DNA of 40,350 nt, from the sequence record SRR22947725_317; one strand, given 5' to 3'. The notes under the pieces are model-generated. The model was not told where the DNA came from and ran no database searches. It was given only the letters and a program-made list of their open reading frames with translations. Numbering within the stretch: the stretch's first letter is position 1; the number at the start of each line of letters is the position of its first letter. Shown piece after piece: positions 17,592-28,128 of this stretch. The position numbers and the translations under genes were made by a program.

Positions 17592-18983
17592 ATGGCAAAA
17601 ACTATCGTCGTCATCGGAGCCGGGCTCGGGGGTTTAACCGCTGCCGCCCTGCTCGCTCAGGCTGGACACAAGGTCACCGTATTGGAGCAGGGCGACTGGA
17701 TCGGTGGCAAGAGCCGAAGAATAGAGGTTGCCGGGCAGGTAATTGACACAGGCCCCTCGCTCTTCACTTTCCCAGGTGTCTGGGAAACCTTCCTCGCAAA
17801 GTACCAAGCCCTTGGCGGCAAACTCCCTGAGGAGCTTGAGTTCATTCGCCTCGCCGAGGTGGGCAGGTACTTTTTCCGCGGCGACCAGATTGATATTCCA
17901 ATCCCCCAAGAACACCAGTGGCATGCGCCTTGGCAAAGGTTTGTTGACGAGCACAAAGACCTCGCGGGACCCATAACCACACTCTTGACCTCGGCTCCAA
18001 TGGATCTAAAGTCGCTTCCCGCACTCGGAAAGCTTCTAGGTGTCTACGGTTCCAGGCTTTCCACAAACAACTATCTAAGGTCGCTTGACTGGATGCCGGA
18101 TGGGCTCCAAGAACTGATCGCCATTCACACCCTCAACGCCGGGGTCTCTCCGGACCAAACCCTTCCGATCTATGCCTCGATGACCGCCATCATGAGCGAG
18201 CAGGGAATCTCAGTCCCAAGAGGGGGAATGAACGAGGTTCCCAGAATGCTGGCGAAGCTGGCTCAAGACTCAGGTGCAGAAATTCTCACGGGCCAGCGGG
18301 TGAGTGCGATCTCCAAGAATGGGGTCAAGACCTCCGACCAAAGCTTTAGCGCAGACATAGTGATCTCTTCGCTGGACGCCTCACTCACCAATGCTCTTTT
18401 GACGGGGAAGAAGCCGGAAGTTGCTCCAAACCGATCCTGCTCAGGCGTGGCCATATACGCAGCTCTAAAGCAGCCCCTGCCAGAGGGCACGGTAACCCAC
18501 TCGGTCGTGATGCCAGATGATCCGGGCGACCTCTATCGCGCTCTCAAGTCAAACTCGGCACCTGAGCAAACCATGAGCTTTGTCAACTACTACGAGCCAG
18601 GGTCTGTCTATGCAAACAGCAAGGCAACAGTTGCGGTTTTGTTGACAGCGCCTGCCGATAGCGCCGACTATGACCTTGAGACCACTTGGGTAAGGGACGA
18701 AATTGATCGGGTCTCTAATCTGATTGGCCTCGATCGTCCTATCGACCAGTTATTTGAGGACTACAAAATCCTCAACGCAAACTACTTCGAGAGTTTTGGA
18801 GCACTGGGCGGCGCTCTCTACGGAGCAAAGAATCCACTTTGGCAATCAGGGCCATTTCACAACCCGAGCTACCGAAGCCTCAGACGACCTTGGCTCTATC
18901 GGGTTGGTGCATCCGTTCACCCTGGAGGGGGAATACCTGCGGTGATGGGTGGAGCTATGAACTCGATTTCGAGTTTGATTTAG
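17592..18983 (+). CDS. CrtI/CrtD-family FAD-dependent desaturase
   Basis: GAGLGG Rossmann motif, DTGPSLFT, PRGGM, C-terminal VGASVHPGGGIPAV; abuts the UbiA gene. Confidence 0.8.
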   Translation: MAKTIVVIGAGLGGLTAAALLAQAGHKVTVLEQGDWIGGKSRRIEVAGQVIDTGPSLFTFPGVWETFLAKYQALGGKLPEELEFIRLAEVGRYFFRGDQIDIPIPQEHQWHAPWQRFVDEHKDLAGPITTLLTSAPMDLKSLPALGKLLGVYGSRLSTNNYLRSLDWMPDGLQELIAIHTLNAGVSPDQTLPIYASMTAIMSEQGISVPRGGMNEVPRMLAKLAQDSGAEILTGQRVSAISKNGVKTSDQSFSADIVISSLDASLTNALLTGKKPEVAPNRSCSGVAIYAALKQPLPEGTVTHSVVMPDDPGDLYRALKSNSAPEQTMSFVNYYEPGSVYANSKATVAVLLTAPADSADYDLETTWVRDEIDRVSNLIGLDRPIDQLFEDYKILNANYFESFGALGGALYGAKNPLWQSGPFHNPSYRSLRRPWLYRVGASVHPGGGIPAVMGGAMNSISSLI

Positions 18984-20107
18984 TTTTTCTCGTCGGTCTC
19001 AGCCTCGACAACGACCTCTTCAGCCTCTTCAGCGACGACCTCTGGTTCTATCGGCTTTCGGCTTTCTTCGATTGTCTTGCGACGACTAATAGCCATTTCC
19101 TGCTCTGGAGTGAGAAGAGACTTGGTTTCTGCAATGAATTCTTCGATGGCATTCTGCTGAGACGGGAGCATGCTGAGTCGAGCTTCTGCCTCTTGAATTG
19201 CCGCCTGAGTTATCTCGAGGGAACGCATTGACAGCTTCTCGGCTCGAGACCTTGCATCGGCAATGATGTTTAGCGCCATGGACTCTGACTCTGCTGCCAA
19301 TCTGTCAGCCTCAGTTCTGGCATTTTCTAGAGTTTGTTCTGCATTTTCGATTAGCGAACTGGCCTCGGCTGTGGCGGCACGAAGCTCACGCTCAGCCTCA
19401 CTGCGCATGTCTTCTGCCTCTTTTTGGACCCTACGGAATATGTCTAGCGCCTGCTTCTCGCCCTGATCGATCTTCTCTCGAATCTCTGATTCAATCTCGG
19501 CATTGCGCTTTAGAAGGCGGGCATTCTCAGTCTGGATTTTCTCGACCTCAGACTGAAGCTCGGCCTTGATCCTGGCTACGTAATTATCGGCATCAGATCT
19601 GACGACCGCAGCTTCCTTGTCCAGTTGAGCGCGTTCAGCCTGGACGCGCTGCAGCTCGTCTTCCGCTTCTTCTTTAATCTGGTTTGCATCGGCCTTTGCC
19701 TGAGAAAGCAACGTCTTGGCCTCACGCTGTGATTTTGCATTGAGCTTAGAAACCTCGTCCTCGGCTTCGAAGCGAATTCTTTCGGCCTCTGCTTTGGCGG
19801 TTTCCCGAGTCTTGAGCGCGTCTTTGCCCGCATCGTTTATGAGCTTGGCCGCTTCGCTTTCCGCGAGCCGGAGGGTCTCTTCAAACTTTGCGCCAAGCTG
19901 TGCATAGCCGGGGGACTTGGCGGCCTTGAGCTGCTCCTCGACCTCAACGAGCCTCTCGCGAAGATTCTGCTGCTCGCGCACGGCTAGAGAGTTGTAGCTC
20001 TCTAGATCGGAAAGCGTCTTCTGCAACCAGTCAATGTACTGGTCGACTTCGCCGCGGTTATAGCCACCAACGGACGTGCCGAAGACCTTCTTTGTTGGCT
20101 CGCTCAT
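18980..20107 (-). CDS. DivIVA-domain coiled-coil protein
   Basis: N-terminal F..SV.GY.R.EVD motif followed by long E/A/K/R-rich heptads. Confidence 0.75.
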   Translation of the reverse strand: MSEPTKKVFGTSVGGYNRGEVDQYIDWLQKTLSDLESYNSLAVREQQNLRERLVEVEEQLKAAKSPGYAQLGAKFEETLRLAESEAAKLINDAGKDALKTRETAKAEAERIRFEAEDEVSKLNAKSQREAKTLLSQAKADANQIKEEAEDELQRVQAERAQLDKEAAVVRSDADNYVARIKAELQSEVEKIQTENARLLKRNAEIESEIREKIDQGEKQALDIFRRVQKEAEDMRSEAERELRAATAEASSLIENAEQTLENARTEADRLAAESESMALNIIADARSRAEKLSMRSLEITQAAIQEAEARLSMLPSQQNAIEEFIAETKSLLTPEQEMAISRRKTIEESRKPIEPEVVAEEAEEVVVEAETDEKN

Positions 20108-20134
20108 AGGTGAAAAGGGTAACCCAATCCAGGG

Positions 20135-20356
20135 TTATTTACTAGCCTTCGGCTTAGGCTTGGAGGATTTTGCCTTTGTTTCACGCTCTGCTTTTTTGCG
20201 ATCTAGCCTGGCTCTTCTAGATTGAGATAGCGCATTAGAAGAAAAGTATTTTGATGTCTCAGGGTTGAACTGGCTATCTTCAGTCTCTCCAAGTGAGCCT
20301 TTCCAAGAGCGTATTTGCTCTTCAAAATCACTCTCGCTAGGAGCAGCGAAGTCCAC
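20135..20356 (-). CDS. Small hypothetical protein with basic C-terminus; start uncertain
   Basis: ORF fills the gap on the same strand as its neighbours; no motif recognised. Confidence 0.35.
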   Translation of the reverse strand: MDFAAPSESDFEEQIRSWKGSLGETEDSQFNPETSKYFSSNALSQSRRARLDRKKAERETKAKSSKPKPKASK

Positions 20357-20442
20357 TTTTGGGGCCTCGCTGTTTGTTCGGTTTACCGAAAACCATCGCC
20401 TGAAAATTTGTCTAATTTCCTGCGTCTCCTTGGGGATGGGGG

Positions 20443-20994
20443 CTACTCGCCCTCTGATTGTGAGTCTAGTCTCCCCAAGACCTCGAGGTCAGGCTCGTAA
20501 CGGAATTCTCCACTCCAGCCTGCGTCAATGCCTGATCCCCCAACAATCAAGCCGTCTTCGATGACTACGAAAAAGCTTCCGTAGTCAGGGTGGGCTAGCG
20601 AATAGCCCTGCTCCGTCTTCTCAATTACCGTGGCTTCTTCGCTGAGCATTGCCCAGGCTGAGTAAACGGTAAAGAGTTCTTTTTGTTGGACCCCGACGAT
20701 GTCATCAAATTCAAGGTTGTAAAGAGCAGCTACAAACTCGTCTCCGGGTTCATAAGTAAGTATGTAGCGATCTCCTGCCGAGGTAACTTCCTCGGTCATG
20801 CCGTTTTCTAAAAACAACTGGTAACTATCGCGGATTACATCTGCGTAGCTGACAACCTCCTCAGGCTCCTCTGGGGCTGCTGTGGCGATGAAGTTCTTCA
20901 CGGCAGGTAGCTGATCAGCCGCTGGCAACGCCTCACCATCTGCACAGCCGGCAAGTAGCGGCAGTAAAAGGGTTGCCAAAAGAAGCTTTTTCAT
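20443..20994 (-). CDS. Hypothetical acidic lipoprotein
   Basis: MKK, hydrophobic stretch, LLAG-C lipobox. Confidence 0.75.
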   Translation of the reverse strand: MKKLLLATLLLPLLAGCADGEALPAADQLPAVKNFIATAAPEEPEEVVSYADVIRDSYQLFLENGMTEEVTSAGDRYILTYEPGDEFVAALYNLEFDDIVGVQQKELFTVYSAWAMLSEEATVIEKTEQGYSLAHPDYGSFFVVIEDGLIVGGSGIDAGWSGEFRYEPDLEVLGRLDSQSEGE

Positions 20995-21006
20995 ACCTGC
21001 AAAAGC

Positions 21007-21117
21007 CTAGTTCAAGGTGCTGAGAACTAATTGTGGGTATGCCCTGATAGCTGCTGCCTCGGTTGCACGAACCAGCTCCATCGCGAGATTTCTATCAAAA
21101 TGAAGTTCCACGCTCAT
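21007..21117 (-). pseudogene. glpX: 5' fragment of class II fructose-1,6-bisphosphatase
   Basis: Manual translation MSVELHFDRNLAMELVRATEAAAIRAYP|QLVLSTLN*. DRNLAMELVRATEAAA is the actinobacterial GlpX N-terminus; similarity stops near 21034. Confidence 0.8.
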
Positions 21118-21189
21118 GGGCTCAAACCCCTTTTTCCTCTGGACGTGGACTGCCGAATACGCTTTTGGGTTTTCTGGCAGGCCAGCGAT

Positions 21190-21537
21190 CTAGGCTAAGA
21201 AAAATACATTCTCAAGGGTGAGAAATCCGTCGTCTGGATTACGGCCGTTGAGACCTTCGAAGAAGTGTGCCATCTCACGCTGCCATCTCACATTTACCTC
21301 GAGGCCTTTCATTGCCTCGATCGACGCCTGTGCGTCGTTGGACTCAAAATAGCCAAATAGGGTGCCATCGGACCGATCCAGGAACAAGGAGTAGTTTCGC
21401 CAGCCTGCCTGGCTCAAAGCAGCAGTCATTTCCGGCCACACACTCTCGTGCACTTGAACGTACTCTTCTAAGGTCGCCAAATTCAATTGAAGACGAAACC
21501 CCACTCGCTCCAAGCTAGGCGCCCCTTCTCTGCTCAT
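21190..21537 (-). CDS. rhaM: L-rhamnose mutarotase
   Basis: EEY...[27 protein letters not shown]. Confidence 0.88.
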   Translation of the reverse strand: MSREGAPSLERVGFRLQLNLATLEEYVQVHESVWPEMTAALSQAGWRNYSLFLDRSDGTLFGYFESNDAQASIEAMKGLEVNVRWQREMAHFFEGLNGRNPDDGFLTLENVFFLA

Positions 21538-22759
21538 AAACTAACTTGACGTGACTAGGCTCAAGTTCGGCTAAAGAGCCGACACCGAGCAACTTCATAG
21601 TTCGCAGCATTTGGCCTTGCAGAATTGTCAAAGCCCTGTCCACGCCTTCTCGCCCTCCTGCCATAAGACCATATAAGTAAGCCCTACCGACGAGAGTGAA
21701 GCTCGCGCCTTGCGCCATCGCAGCAATTACATCAGCACCATGCATGATGCCGGTGTCGATCATGACCTCTAAATCGTTCTTTAGCTCGCGACGCACCTCA
21801 GGAAGAAGATAGAAAGGGACCGGGGCTCGATCAAGCTGACGGCCGCCGTGATTTGATAAAACTATGGCGTCAACCCCAAGGGAGGCGAGTTTCTTTGCAT
21901 CACTCACATTCTGAACACCCTTGACAATTACCTTTCCGCCCCACTGCTCCTTGATCCATCGCAAGTCCTCGAAATCAACAGTTGGATCGAACATTGTGTC
22001 AAGCAACTCTCCGACGGTCCCGTTCCATGAATCCAAAGAGGCAAACTTCAATGCATCGGTTGTCAAAAAATTGATCCACCATTCCGGCCTTGGCAAAGCA
22101 TTGGTGATGGTCTTTAGGGTCAAAGCTGGGGGTATCGTCATGCCGTTGTACTTGTCTCGCAGGCGATCGCCGGCAACTGGGACATCCACTGTCAACATTA
22201 GGGCGTCAAATCCGGCAGCCTTTGCCCGCTCCACTAACGCCATCGAGCGGTCGCGATCTTTCCACATGTAAAGCTGAAACCAGTTGATGCCTTCCGGTGC
22301 AACCCCGGCAACCTCCTCGATTGATCGAGTACCCATGGTCGAAAGGGCAAAAGGTATTCCAAACTCTTCTGCAGCTGTGGCGCCCGCAAACTCGCCCTCC
22401 GTGTGCATCATTCGAGTAAATCCCGTTGGAGCAATGCCTAGAGGCATCGAGACTCTCTTTCCGAGAACTTCTAGGCTGAGGTCTACGTCCCTAACGTCTT
22501 TGAGAATGCTTGGCTGGAACTCAATTCCCTCAAAGGCCTTTCTGGCTCGGCTGATAGAAATTTCCATATCTGCTGAGCCGTCTGTGTAGTCAAAAGGGGC
22601 CTGGGGTGTTCGCCGCTTGGCAATACTCCTAAGGTCGTAGATCGTGTGCGCCCCGCTCAACCTCCGCCTTCTACCGTTCAAAACCAAAGGCTTGAACTTC
22701 AGAAGCTGGAGAATGTCCTTGGGATTGGGGAACCTGCGCCTGATTTTAATTTTCGACAT
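21515..22759 (-). CDS. lldD: FMN-dependent L-lactate dehydrogenase
   Basis: [32 protein letters not shown] motifs. Confidence 0.92.
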   Translation of the reverse strand: MSKIKIRRRFPNPKDILQLLKFKPLVLNGRRRRLSGAHTIYDLRSIAKRRTPQAPFDYTDGSADMEISISRARKAFEGIEFQPSILKDVRDVDLSLEVLGKRVSMPLGIAPTGFTRMMHTEGEFAGATAAEEFGIPFALSTMGTRSIEEVAGVAPEGINWFQLYMWKDRDRSMALVERAKAAGFDALMLTVDVPVAGDRLRDKYNGMTIPPALTLKTITNALPRPEWWINFLTTDALKFASLDSWNGTVGELLDTMFDPTVDFEDLRWIKEQWGGKVIVKGVQNVSDAKKLASLGVDAIVLSNHGGRQLDRAPVPFYLLPEVRRELKNDLEVMIDTGIMHGADVIAAMAQGASFTLVGRAYLYGLMAGGREGVDRALTILQGQMLRTMKLLGVGSLAELEPSHVKLVYEQRRGA

Positions 22760-22764
22760 ATTTA

Positions 22765-25452
22765 TTACTGGTACCTGACTATTTTTGGATCAGTAGTTAC
22801 GACGACGTGCGTTCCGAAACTCAGGGCATCCCCGTTTGAACATGGCGAACCATTTACAGAGATCTCTGAATTTTCCGAGGTCGGCATTTCGAGAGTCGCT
22901 CTCACCCCAAATGGAATTTCCAGATTTGTAACCAGGTCACCACTGTTATTGATTTCCCAGTGAATAGCTAGTCTTCCGTAAGATGTTGCGATGTCAGCCT
23001 CAGCGTACTTGAACCCAACTGCAGGTCTTGGAGCCACAATTGTTTTGCGATATCCAGGTGAGTCGAAACTGGGTGCGATTCCTGCAACGTTACGGTAAAT
23101 CCAATCCACAACGGCTCCGTAGGCGTAGTGGTTGAAGGAGATCATCGAGGGGTCATCTTGACCCTCGTTGGCGGTATTCATTTCACCTGAGTGGATTGAG
23201 CCGTCCTCGCGGATAGCGTCCCAGCGCTCCCAGATAGTGGTCGCGTCTTTGTCTACCTGATAAAGCCAAGAACGAATCTCACGACGCATGAGCATCAAGT
23301 ATGCCTCGGGGAAGTACCCGTTTTTCGATAGTGCGTGCAGGATTAGCGGCGTACCAAGGAATCCGGTTGAAATCGCGCCGTTATCGCGACGCACCATTGC
23401 AGCGAGGTTCTTGGCAGTTTCAGCACGCTCAGCAGCTGGCACAAGGTCAAACTCTAGAGCGATTGCGCTGCCGGCGGTCGTGCTCTTGGCGTGATTACCC
23501 ATCTCAGCCCAGAGGTCGCGCCTGAGCTCGTTTGCAAGCTCTTGGTGGTGCTTCGCACCGTCGTTGGTGCCCACCAGCGACTCAACCCACGCGGTTATGT
23601 CGGCCGATCGGACGAAAAATGCGTTGGCCACGAAGTCGGCAGACACCTTTGCTTTCCAGGGCTCTGCACTGGGAGCATCAGGGTCGCACCAGTCGCCAAA
23701 CTGAAACTCGGTCGGCAGAAACTTTTCGCCCTTGCGCCTGGTATGAAGTGCGTTCACCCAGCGCCGCATCGAGGTCAGCTGATTACGCAGCACCTCGAGG
23801 CCACCAAAACACTCGTAGCTCGCCCAGGGCACAATGGTAGCGGCATCAGCCCAGCCGGCACGGCCCTGAACCTCCCAGTCGCCAATGCGAGGCATCCGTT
23901 TTAGAAGGTCAGGTATCACCGCACCAACGTCTCCGTTGTCATCCTGATCAAGCGCGAGGTCGGTCAACCAAGAGCGCCAGAAACTCTCGGTATCAAACAG
24001 TGTGTTGGCTGCGTAGGCGAAAGCCTGGGCGTCGCCGGTCCAGCCGAGGCGCTCATCGCGCTGAGGGCAGTCAGTCGGCACACCCACAAAGTTGTCGCGT
24101 TGTGACCAGACCACGTTTTCGTGAAGTCGGTTTAGGCGGGTGTCTGATGAGACAAAGTGACCGCGCTTGCTGGTGTCAGAGCTGATTGCGATGCCAACAC
24201 CCGAGATGACCTCGGCGTCGGTCACTACATCAGCAAACCTGAAGCCGTGGAAGGTGAACACCGGGGTTAAGATGTGGCGTCCGTCGCGATCGAGGGTGTA
24301 GTGGTCCGTGGCCTTCGCACTGCGAAGCGCCTTGGTGTGGAGCTTGTCGCCCGCTTCGAGCACCTCAGCGTGACGAATGACAACGGTTTGGCCTTTTTTG
24401 CCCTCAACCGTGAGCTCGACCCAGCCCGAAATGTTTTGCCTCGCGTCAAGCAGAGTGCGGTCACTCTGCGGGGTTAGTTTCATTGGGAAACGCTCAACGA
24501 CTCGAATTGGCGAGGTGTTTCGGGGTTGCAGCACCGCCTTGTCGAGTTTTCGCACAATTACAGGTGGCCAGGCAGAGTCGTTGAAACCGGGTTTGTTCCA
24601 GCCAACCTGAGTCAGGTTGAAATCAATCGTCGAGCCGTCATAGATGTCACCAAAACGGACTTCACCGGTTGACGCCCTCCAGCTGCCATCGCTGACCACC
24701 AAATCGCGCGAACCGTCGGCGTGAAGAATTTCGAGCTGCAGAATCACCGAGGTCTTCTCGCCATAGTTGTTGTACTGATCCATGAAACCAAACTTGCCGC
24801 GGTGCCATCCGTCACCAACCATCACGCCTAGAGCGTTATCTCCTGCGGCAATGAGGTTGGTCACGTCATAGGTAGCAACGTTCAACCTGAAGTCATAGGC
24901 GGTCCAGCCCGGGCTCAAGAACTCGTCGCCCACCTTGGCGCCATTGATTGAAACCTCGTATAGACCCTGGGCAGAGATGTAGAGTCGCGCCGAGACCGGG
25001 CGGCTCGAAGTACTGAATACCTTTCGCAGCAAAGTGGCGGGGTCGCTGGCGCTACTGCCGTCTCCGATTGCCTGACCCAAAAACTCTTCGCCAGATAGGA
25101 GGCCGGCTTCCAGGCGAAGGGTCGGGCCAAAGCTTGTCCAGCCCAACTGAGTCTTCACTCTTACTCGGTAGTAGCGAACTTCGCGACTTCTGAGTTCGCC
25201 AGCTGGCGCCAAGACTTCATGCTGTTCAGACGACTCAACCTCAACTGCGGCAATTAACTCTGCAAAATTTGGGTCTGAACTAACCTGCACCTCGTAACCA
25301 AGCTGCTCCAATTCTGCCGCGACCGAGCTCACCTGCCAACTCAGCAACGGGTGGTCGCCGGGTAAGCCAATCAGGTCAGCCGGGTGCTGTGAACGTAGCG
25401 ACACAACTTGAGTTTGCGCATCGGTGGCGCCAGAGTTTGCGGGCTTTGACAT
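22765..25452 (-). CDS. GH78 alpha-L-rhamnosidase
   Basis: [43 protein letters not shown]. Confidence 0.93.
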   Translation of the reverse strand: MSKPANSGATDAQTQVVSLRSQHPADLIGLPGDHPLLSWQVSSVAAELEQLGYEVQVSSDPNFAELIAAVEVESSEQHEVLAPAGELRSREVRYYRVRVKTQLGWTSFGPTLRLEAGLLSGEEFLGQAIGDGSSASDPATLLRKVFSTSSRPVSARLYISAQGLYEVSINGAKVGDEFLSPGWTAYDFRLNVATYDVTNLIAAGDNALGVMVGDGWHRGKFGFMDQYNNYGEKTSVILQLEILHADGSRDLVVSDGSWRASTGEVRFGDIYDGSTIDFNLTQVGWNKPGFNDSAWPPVIVRKLDKAVLQPRNTSPIRVVERFPMKLTPQSDRTLLDARQNISGWVELTVEGKKGQTVVIRHAEVLEAGDKLHTKALRSAKATDHYTLDRDGRHILTPVFTFHGFRFADVVTDAEVISGVGIAISSDTSKRGHFVSSDTRLNRLHENVVWSQRDNFVGVPTDCPQRDERLGWTGDAQAFAYAANTLFDTESFWRSWLTDLALDQDDNGDVGAVIPDLLKRMPRIGDWEVQGRAGWADAATIVPWASYECFGGLEVLRNQLTSMRRWVNALHTRRKGEKFLPTEFQFGDWCDPDAPSAEPWKAKVSADFVANAFFVRSADITAWVESLVGTNDGAKHHQELANELRRDLWAEMGNHAKSTTAGSAIALEFDLVPAAERAETAKNLAAMVRRDNGAISTGFLGTPLILHALSKNGYFPEAYLMLMRREIRSWLYQVDKDATTIWERWDAIREDGSIHSGEMNTANEGQDDPSMISFNHYAYGAVVDWIYRNVAGIAPSFDSPGYRKTIVAPRPAVGFKYAEADIATSYGRLAIHWEINNSGDLVTNLEIPFGVRATLEMPTSENSEISVNGSPCSNGDALSFGTHVVVTTDPKIVRYQ

Positions 25453-25508
25453 TGGTGACCTTTCAACTTTGAAATTTGTTACACGGAAAATGTGTCCATC
25501 AGCCTACA

Positions 25509-25522
25509 TTGAATCGTTTCAA
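25509..25522. promoter_or_regulatory. LacI-type operator TTGAATCGTTTCAA
   Basis: CG-centred palindrome upstream of the GH78 gene; identical copy at 34055-34068. Confidence 0.8.
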
Positions 25523-25696
25523 GCACAAATCCTATTTTTGATAGTAGGAGGCATCGGGGTACCCCAAGTCACGCAGATGTTGGGCAAGCTGGCGATTTAC
25601 CCGGTGCCGGATGATGCACCCAGACTGCGGGTGTTACTTGATTGTTATTGATTTGGGTTGACGACATTACAGATTCCCAATTAATCTATTTGGACA

Positions 25697-25710
25697 TTGA
25701 AACGATTCAA
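25697..25710. promoter_or_regulatory. LacI-type operator TTGAAACGATTCAA
   Basis: Exact reverse complement of the other two sites; upstream of the SBP gene. Confidence 0.8.
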
Positions 25711-25765
25711 TGTATGGCGGTCAGTCAAACAAAGCTGGCCAAATTTTCGTAATGGAGGTAGTGAT

Positions 25766-27130
25766 TTGCTTTTTCGTAACTCAAAACGCAGGGTCCTGGT
25801 ATTAGCTGCCGGATTAGCTGCAGCTGCACTGGTCCTCGCGGGCTGTGCCACCGGCGACGCAAGCTCGGACGGTTCAAGCACCGGCAACGGTTCTGACGGC
25901 TCTGGTGAGTCAGAAATCACCGAGCCAGTAGACCTTTCGTGGCTAGTCGACAATAGCGAAGCTACTGTGGCGATGGCGAACGCGATGGTCGATGCCTTCA
26001 AGGAGATTGAGCCAAACATCACCATCACGATTGAGACTAGGGAAGGTGGCGCCCCCGGCGACAACCTGGTAAAGACGCGCCTTGCAACCGGGGAAATGAA
26101 TGACCTGCTGCAGTACAACACCGGGTCCCTGTTCCAGGCGATCAATCCAAGCGAGACCCTAGTTCCGATCACCAACGAGAGCTTCGCTGGCGCAATCAAT
26201 GAATCCTTCGCATCCACCGTTACCGCGGGCGGAGACGTCTTCGGCGTGCCAATCGGCACCGCAATGGGTGGCGGAATTCTCTACAACAAGAAGGTCTATG
26301 CGGACTTGGGCCTCACCGTGCCGGTCACCTGGGATGAATTTATGGCCAACAACGCCGCCATCAAGGCTGCCGGTATAGACCCCGTGATTCAAACATACGG
26401 CGAAACCTGGACCTCACAGCTGTTCGTGCTTGGCGACTACCACAATGTCGAGGCTGCCGAGCCTGGATTCTGGGAGCGCTACACCAACAACGAGGCGAAG
26501 TATGCAGACACTCCTGCCGCGGCTCGTGGTTTTGAATACTTGCAGCAGCTGCACGAACTGGGCTACTACAACCGTGACTACACAACCGCCACCTTTAACG
26601 ATGGACTGGTTCAGCTTGCCAACGGCACCGGTGCTCACTACCCAATGTTGTCCTTCGCAATTGCATCGGTCCAAGAGCTTGCGCCTGACGCAGTGAACGA
26701 CATCGGCTTCTTCGCGCAGCCAGGCCCAAGCGCTGACACCAACGGTCTAACCGTCTGGACTAGCGCTGGTCTATACATCTCTGCAACCTCGCCAAACATC
26801 GATGCCGCTAAGAAGTTCCTTGCGTTCGTTGCCACCCCAGAGGCTTGCGATGTGCAGACCGCTGCGATAGGTGCGACCGGACCCTACTTCATTGACGGCT
26901 GCGAGCTGCCCGATGATCTCGTTCCCGTGGTCACCGACATGCTCCCTTACTTCGAGCGTGCCGGAGGAACCACTCCAGCGCTTGAGTTCCTATCACCAAT
27001 CAAGGGACCGGCTCTGGAGCAGATTACCGTTGCCGTTGGCACCGGCCAGTACACAGCCGCAGAGGGTGCTCAGATCTACGACGAAGACGTAGTGAAGCAA
27101 GCTCAGCAGCTGGGTCTACCCGGCTGGTAA
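25766..27130 (+). CDS. Rhamnose-oligosaccharide ABC transporter substrate-binding lipoprotein
   Basis: Lipobox LVLAG-C; GDNLVKTRLATGEM. TTG 25766 chosen as start because it lies 7 nt after GGAGG; the ORF-track start falls inside the operator. Confidence 0.9.
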   Translation: MLFRNSKRRVLVLAAGLAAAALVLAGCATGDASSDGSSTGNGSDGSGESEITEPVDLSWLVDNSEATVAMANAMVDAFKEIEPNITITIETREGGAPGDNLVKTRLATGEMNDLLQYNTGSLFQAINPSETLVPITNESFAGAINESFASTVTAGGDVFGVPIGTAMGGGILYNKKVYADLGLTVPVTWDEFMANNAAIKAAGIDPVIQTYGETWTSQLFVLGDYHNVEAAEPGFWERYTNNEAKYADTPAAARGFEYLQQLHELGYYNRDYTTATFNDGLVQLANGTGAHYPMLSFAIASVQELAPDAVNDIGFFAQPGPSADTNGLTVWTSAGLYISATSPNIDAAKKFLAFVATPEACDVQTAAIGATGPYFIDGCELPDDLVPVVTDMLPYFERAGGTTPALEFLSPIKGPALEQITVAVGTGQYTAAEGAQIYDEDVVKQAQQLGLPGW

Positions 27131-27155
27131 ACAAGCAAGTAACCTAAGCTAATTG

Positions 27156-27185
27156 GAGGCCCGGCACTTGATCGTGCCGGGCCTC
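27156..27185 (+). terminator. Intercistronic 12-bp GC hairpin after the SBP gene (mRNA stabiliser or partial terminator)
   Basis: GAGGCCCGGCAC-ttgatc-GTGCCGGGCCTC with no U-tract. Confidence 0.7.
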
Positions 27186-27198
27186 ACTCTACAAAGAT

Positions 27199-28128
27199 GT
27201 GGTGAGCATGACATCAGTTACGCACGAGCAATCAAAAGCATCGAAAGAAAAAACAACGGTGCGGAGGAAGCGCCGCTTCAACCCCTACCCGATGTGGTTT
27301 CTAATTCCGGGTGCGGTCATTTACCTTGTTCTATTTATCTTTCCAACCATCGCCTCGCTATTCTTCAGCCTCACCCGATGGACTCTCTTTGACGCGCAAT
27401 TCATTGGTCTAGACAATTACACCCAATTCTTCTCTGAGCGATTTTTGGTTCAAGGACTTTACAACACGGTCTTTTACGCTTTCTTCACCTCCGGCACGAA
27501 GGTAGTTCTCGGAATGCTCTTGGCGCTATGGCTAACCGGCCGCGTCTTTGGTCAGGGCTATCTGCGGGCAGTCATTTTCTTCCCGGTGCTGGTCAGCACC
27601 ATCGGTGTGGGAATCACCTTCAAGGTGCTGATGGATCCCTTTGACGGCCTTATCAACGGCTCGCTCACGGTCTTCGGGGTCGAAGGGCCGTTGTGGCTCG
27701 CTGACCCAGACACGGCGCTTCTGTCAATTGCACTGGTAGACCTTTGGAAGGGCGTCGGCATAGCAACCGTAATTTACATTGCGGGCCTCTCTGCGATTCC
27801 GCAGGAGTACAACGAGGCGGCAACCGTTGATGGCGCATCGGGCTTCAGGCGCTTCAAAGAGATCACCTTTCCACTGCTGATGCCGGCGACCTCAACAGTA
27901 ATAATTCTCTCGCTAATTGGTGGCCTGAGGAGCTTCGACCTGATTTGGGCGATGACCAAGGGTGGCCCGGGGTTTGCCTCAGACGTGATGGCCTCGATGA
28001 TTTTCAAGCAGTACCAGGCTGGTTTTTACGGCCTTTCCACTGCGGGCAACGTGGTGCTATTCGTTTTGGTTGCGGTCATTATTTATCCGCTGTCGCGGTA
28101 TCTGAACAAGAAGACGGTTGAGCTCTAG
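27199..28128 (+). CDS. Carbohydrate ABC transporter permease
   Basis: EAATVDGAS, MTKGGPG, TM segments. Confidence 0.92.
   Translation: MVSMTSVTHEQSKASKEKTTVRRKRRFNPYPMWFLIPGAVIYLVLFIFPTIASLFFSLTRWTLFDAQFIGLDNYTQFFSERFLVQGLYNTVFYAFFTSGTKVVLGMLLALWLTGRVFGQGYLRAVIFFPVLVSTIGVGITFKVLMDPFDGLINGSLTVFGVEGPLWLADPDTALLSIALVDLWKGVGIATVIYIAGLSAIPQEYNEAATVDGASGFRRFKEITFPLLMPATSTVIILSLIGGLRSFDLIWAMTKGGPGFASDVMASMIFKQYQAGFYGLSTAGNVVLFVLVAVIIYPLSRYLNKKTVEL

Noticed and set aside
18980-20107. Long coiled coil as a possible SMC-like or defence protein
   Set aside because: No Walker motifs; the N-terminal DivIVA-like motif explains it.
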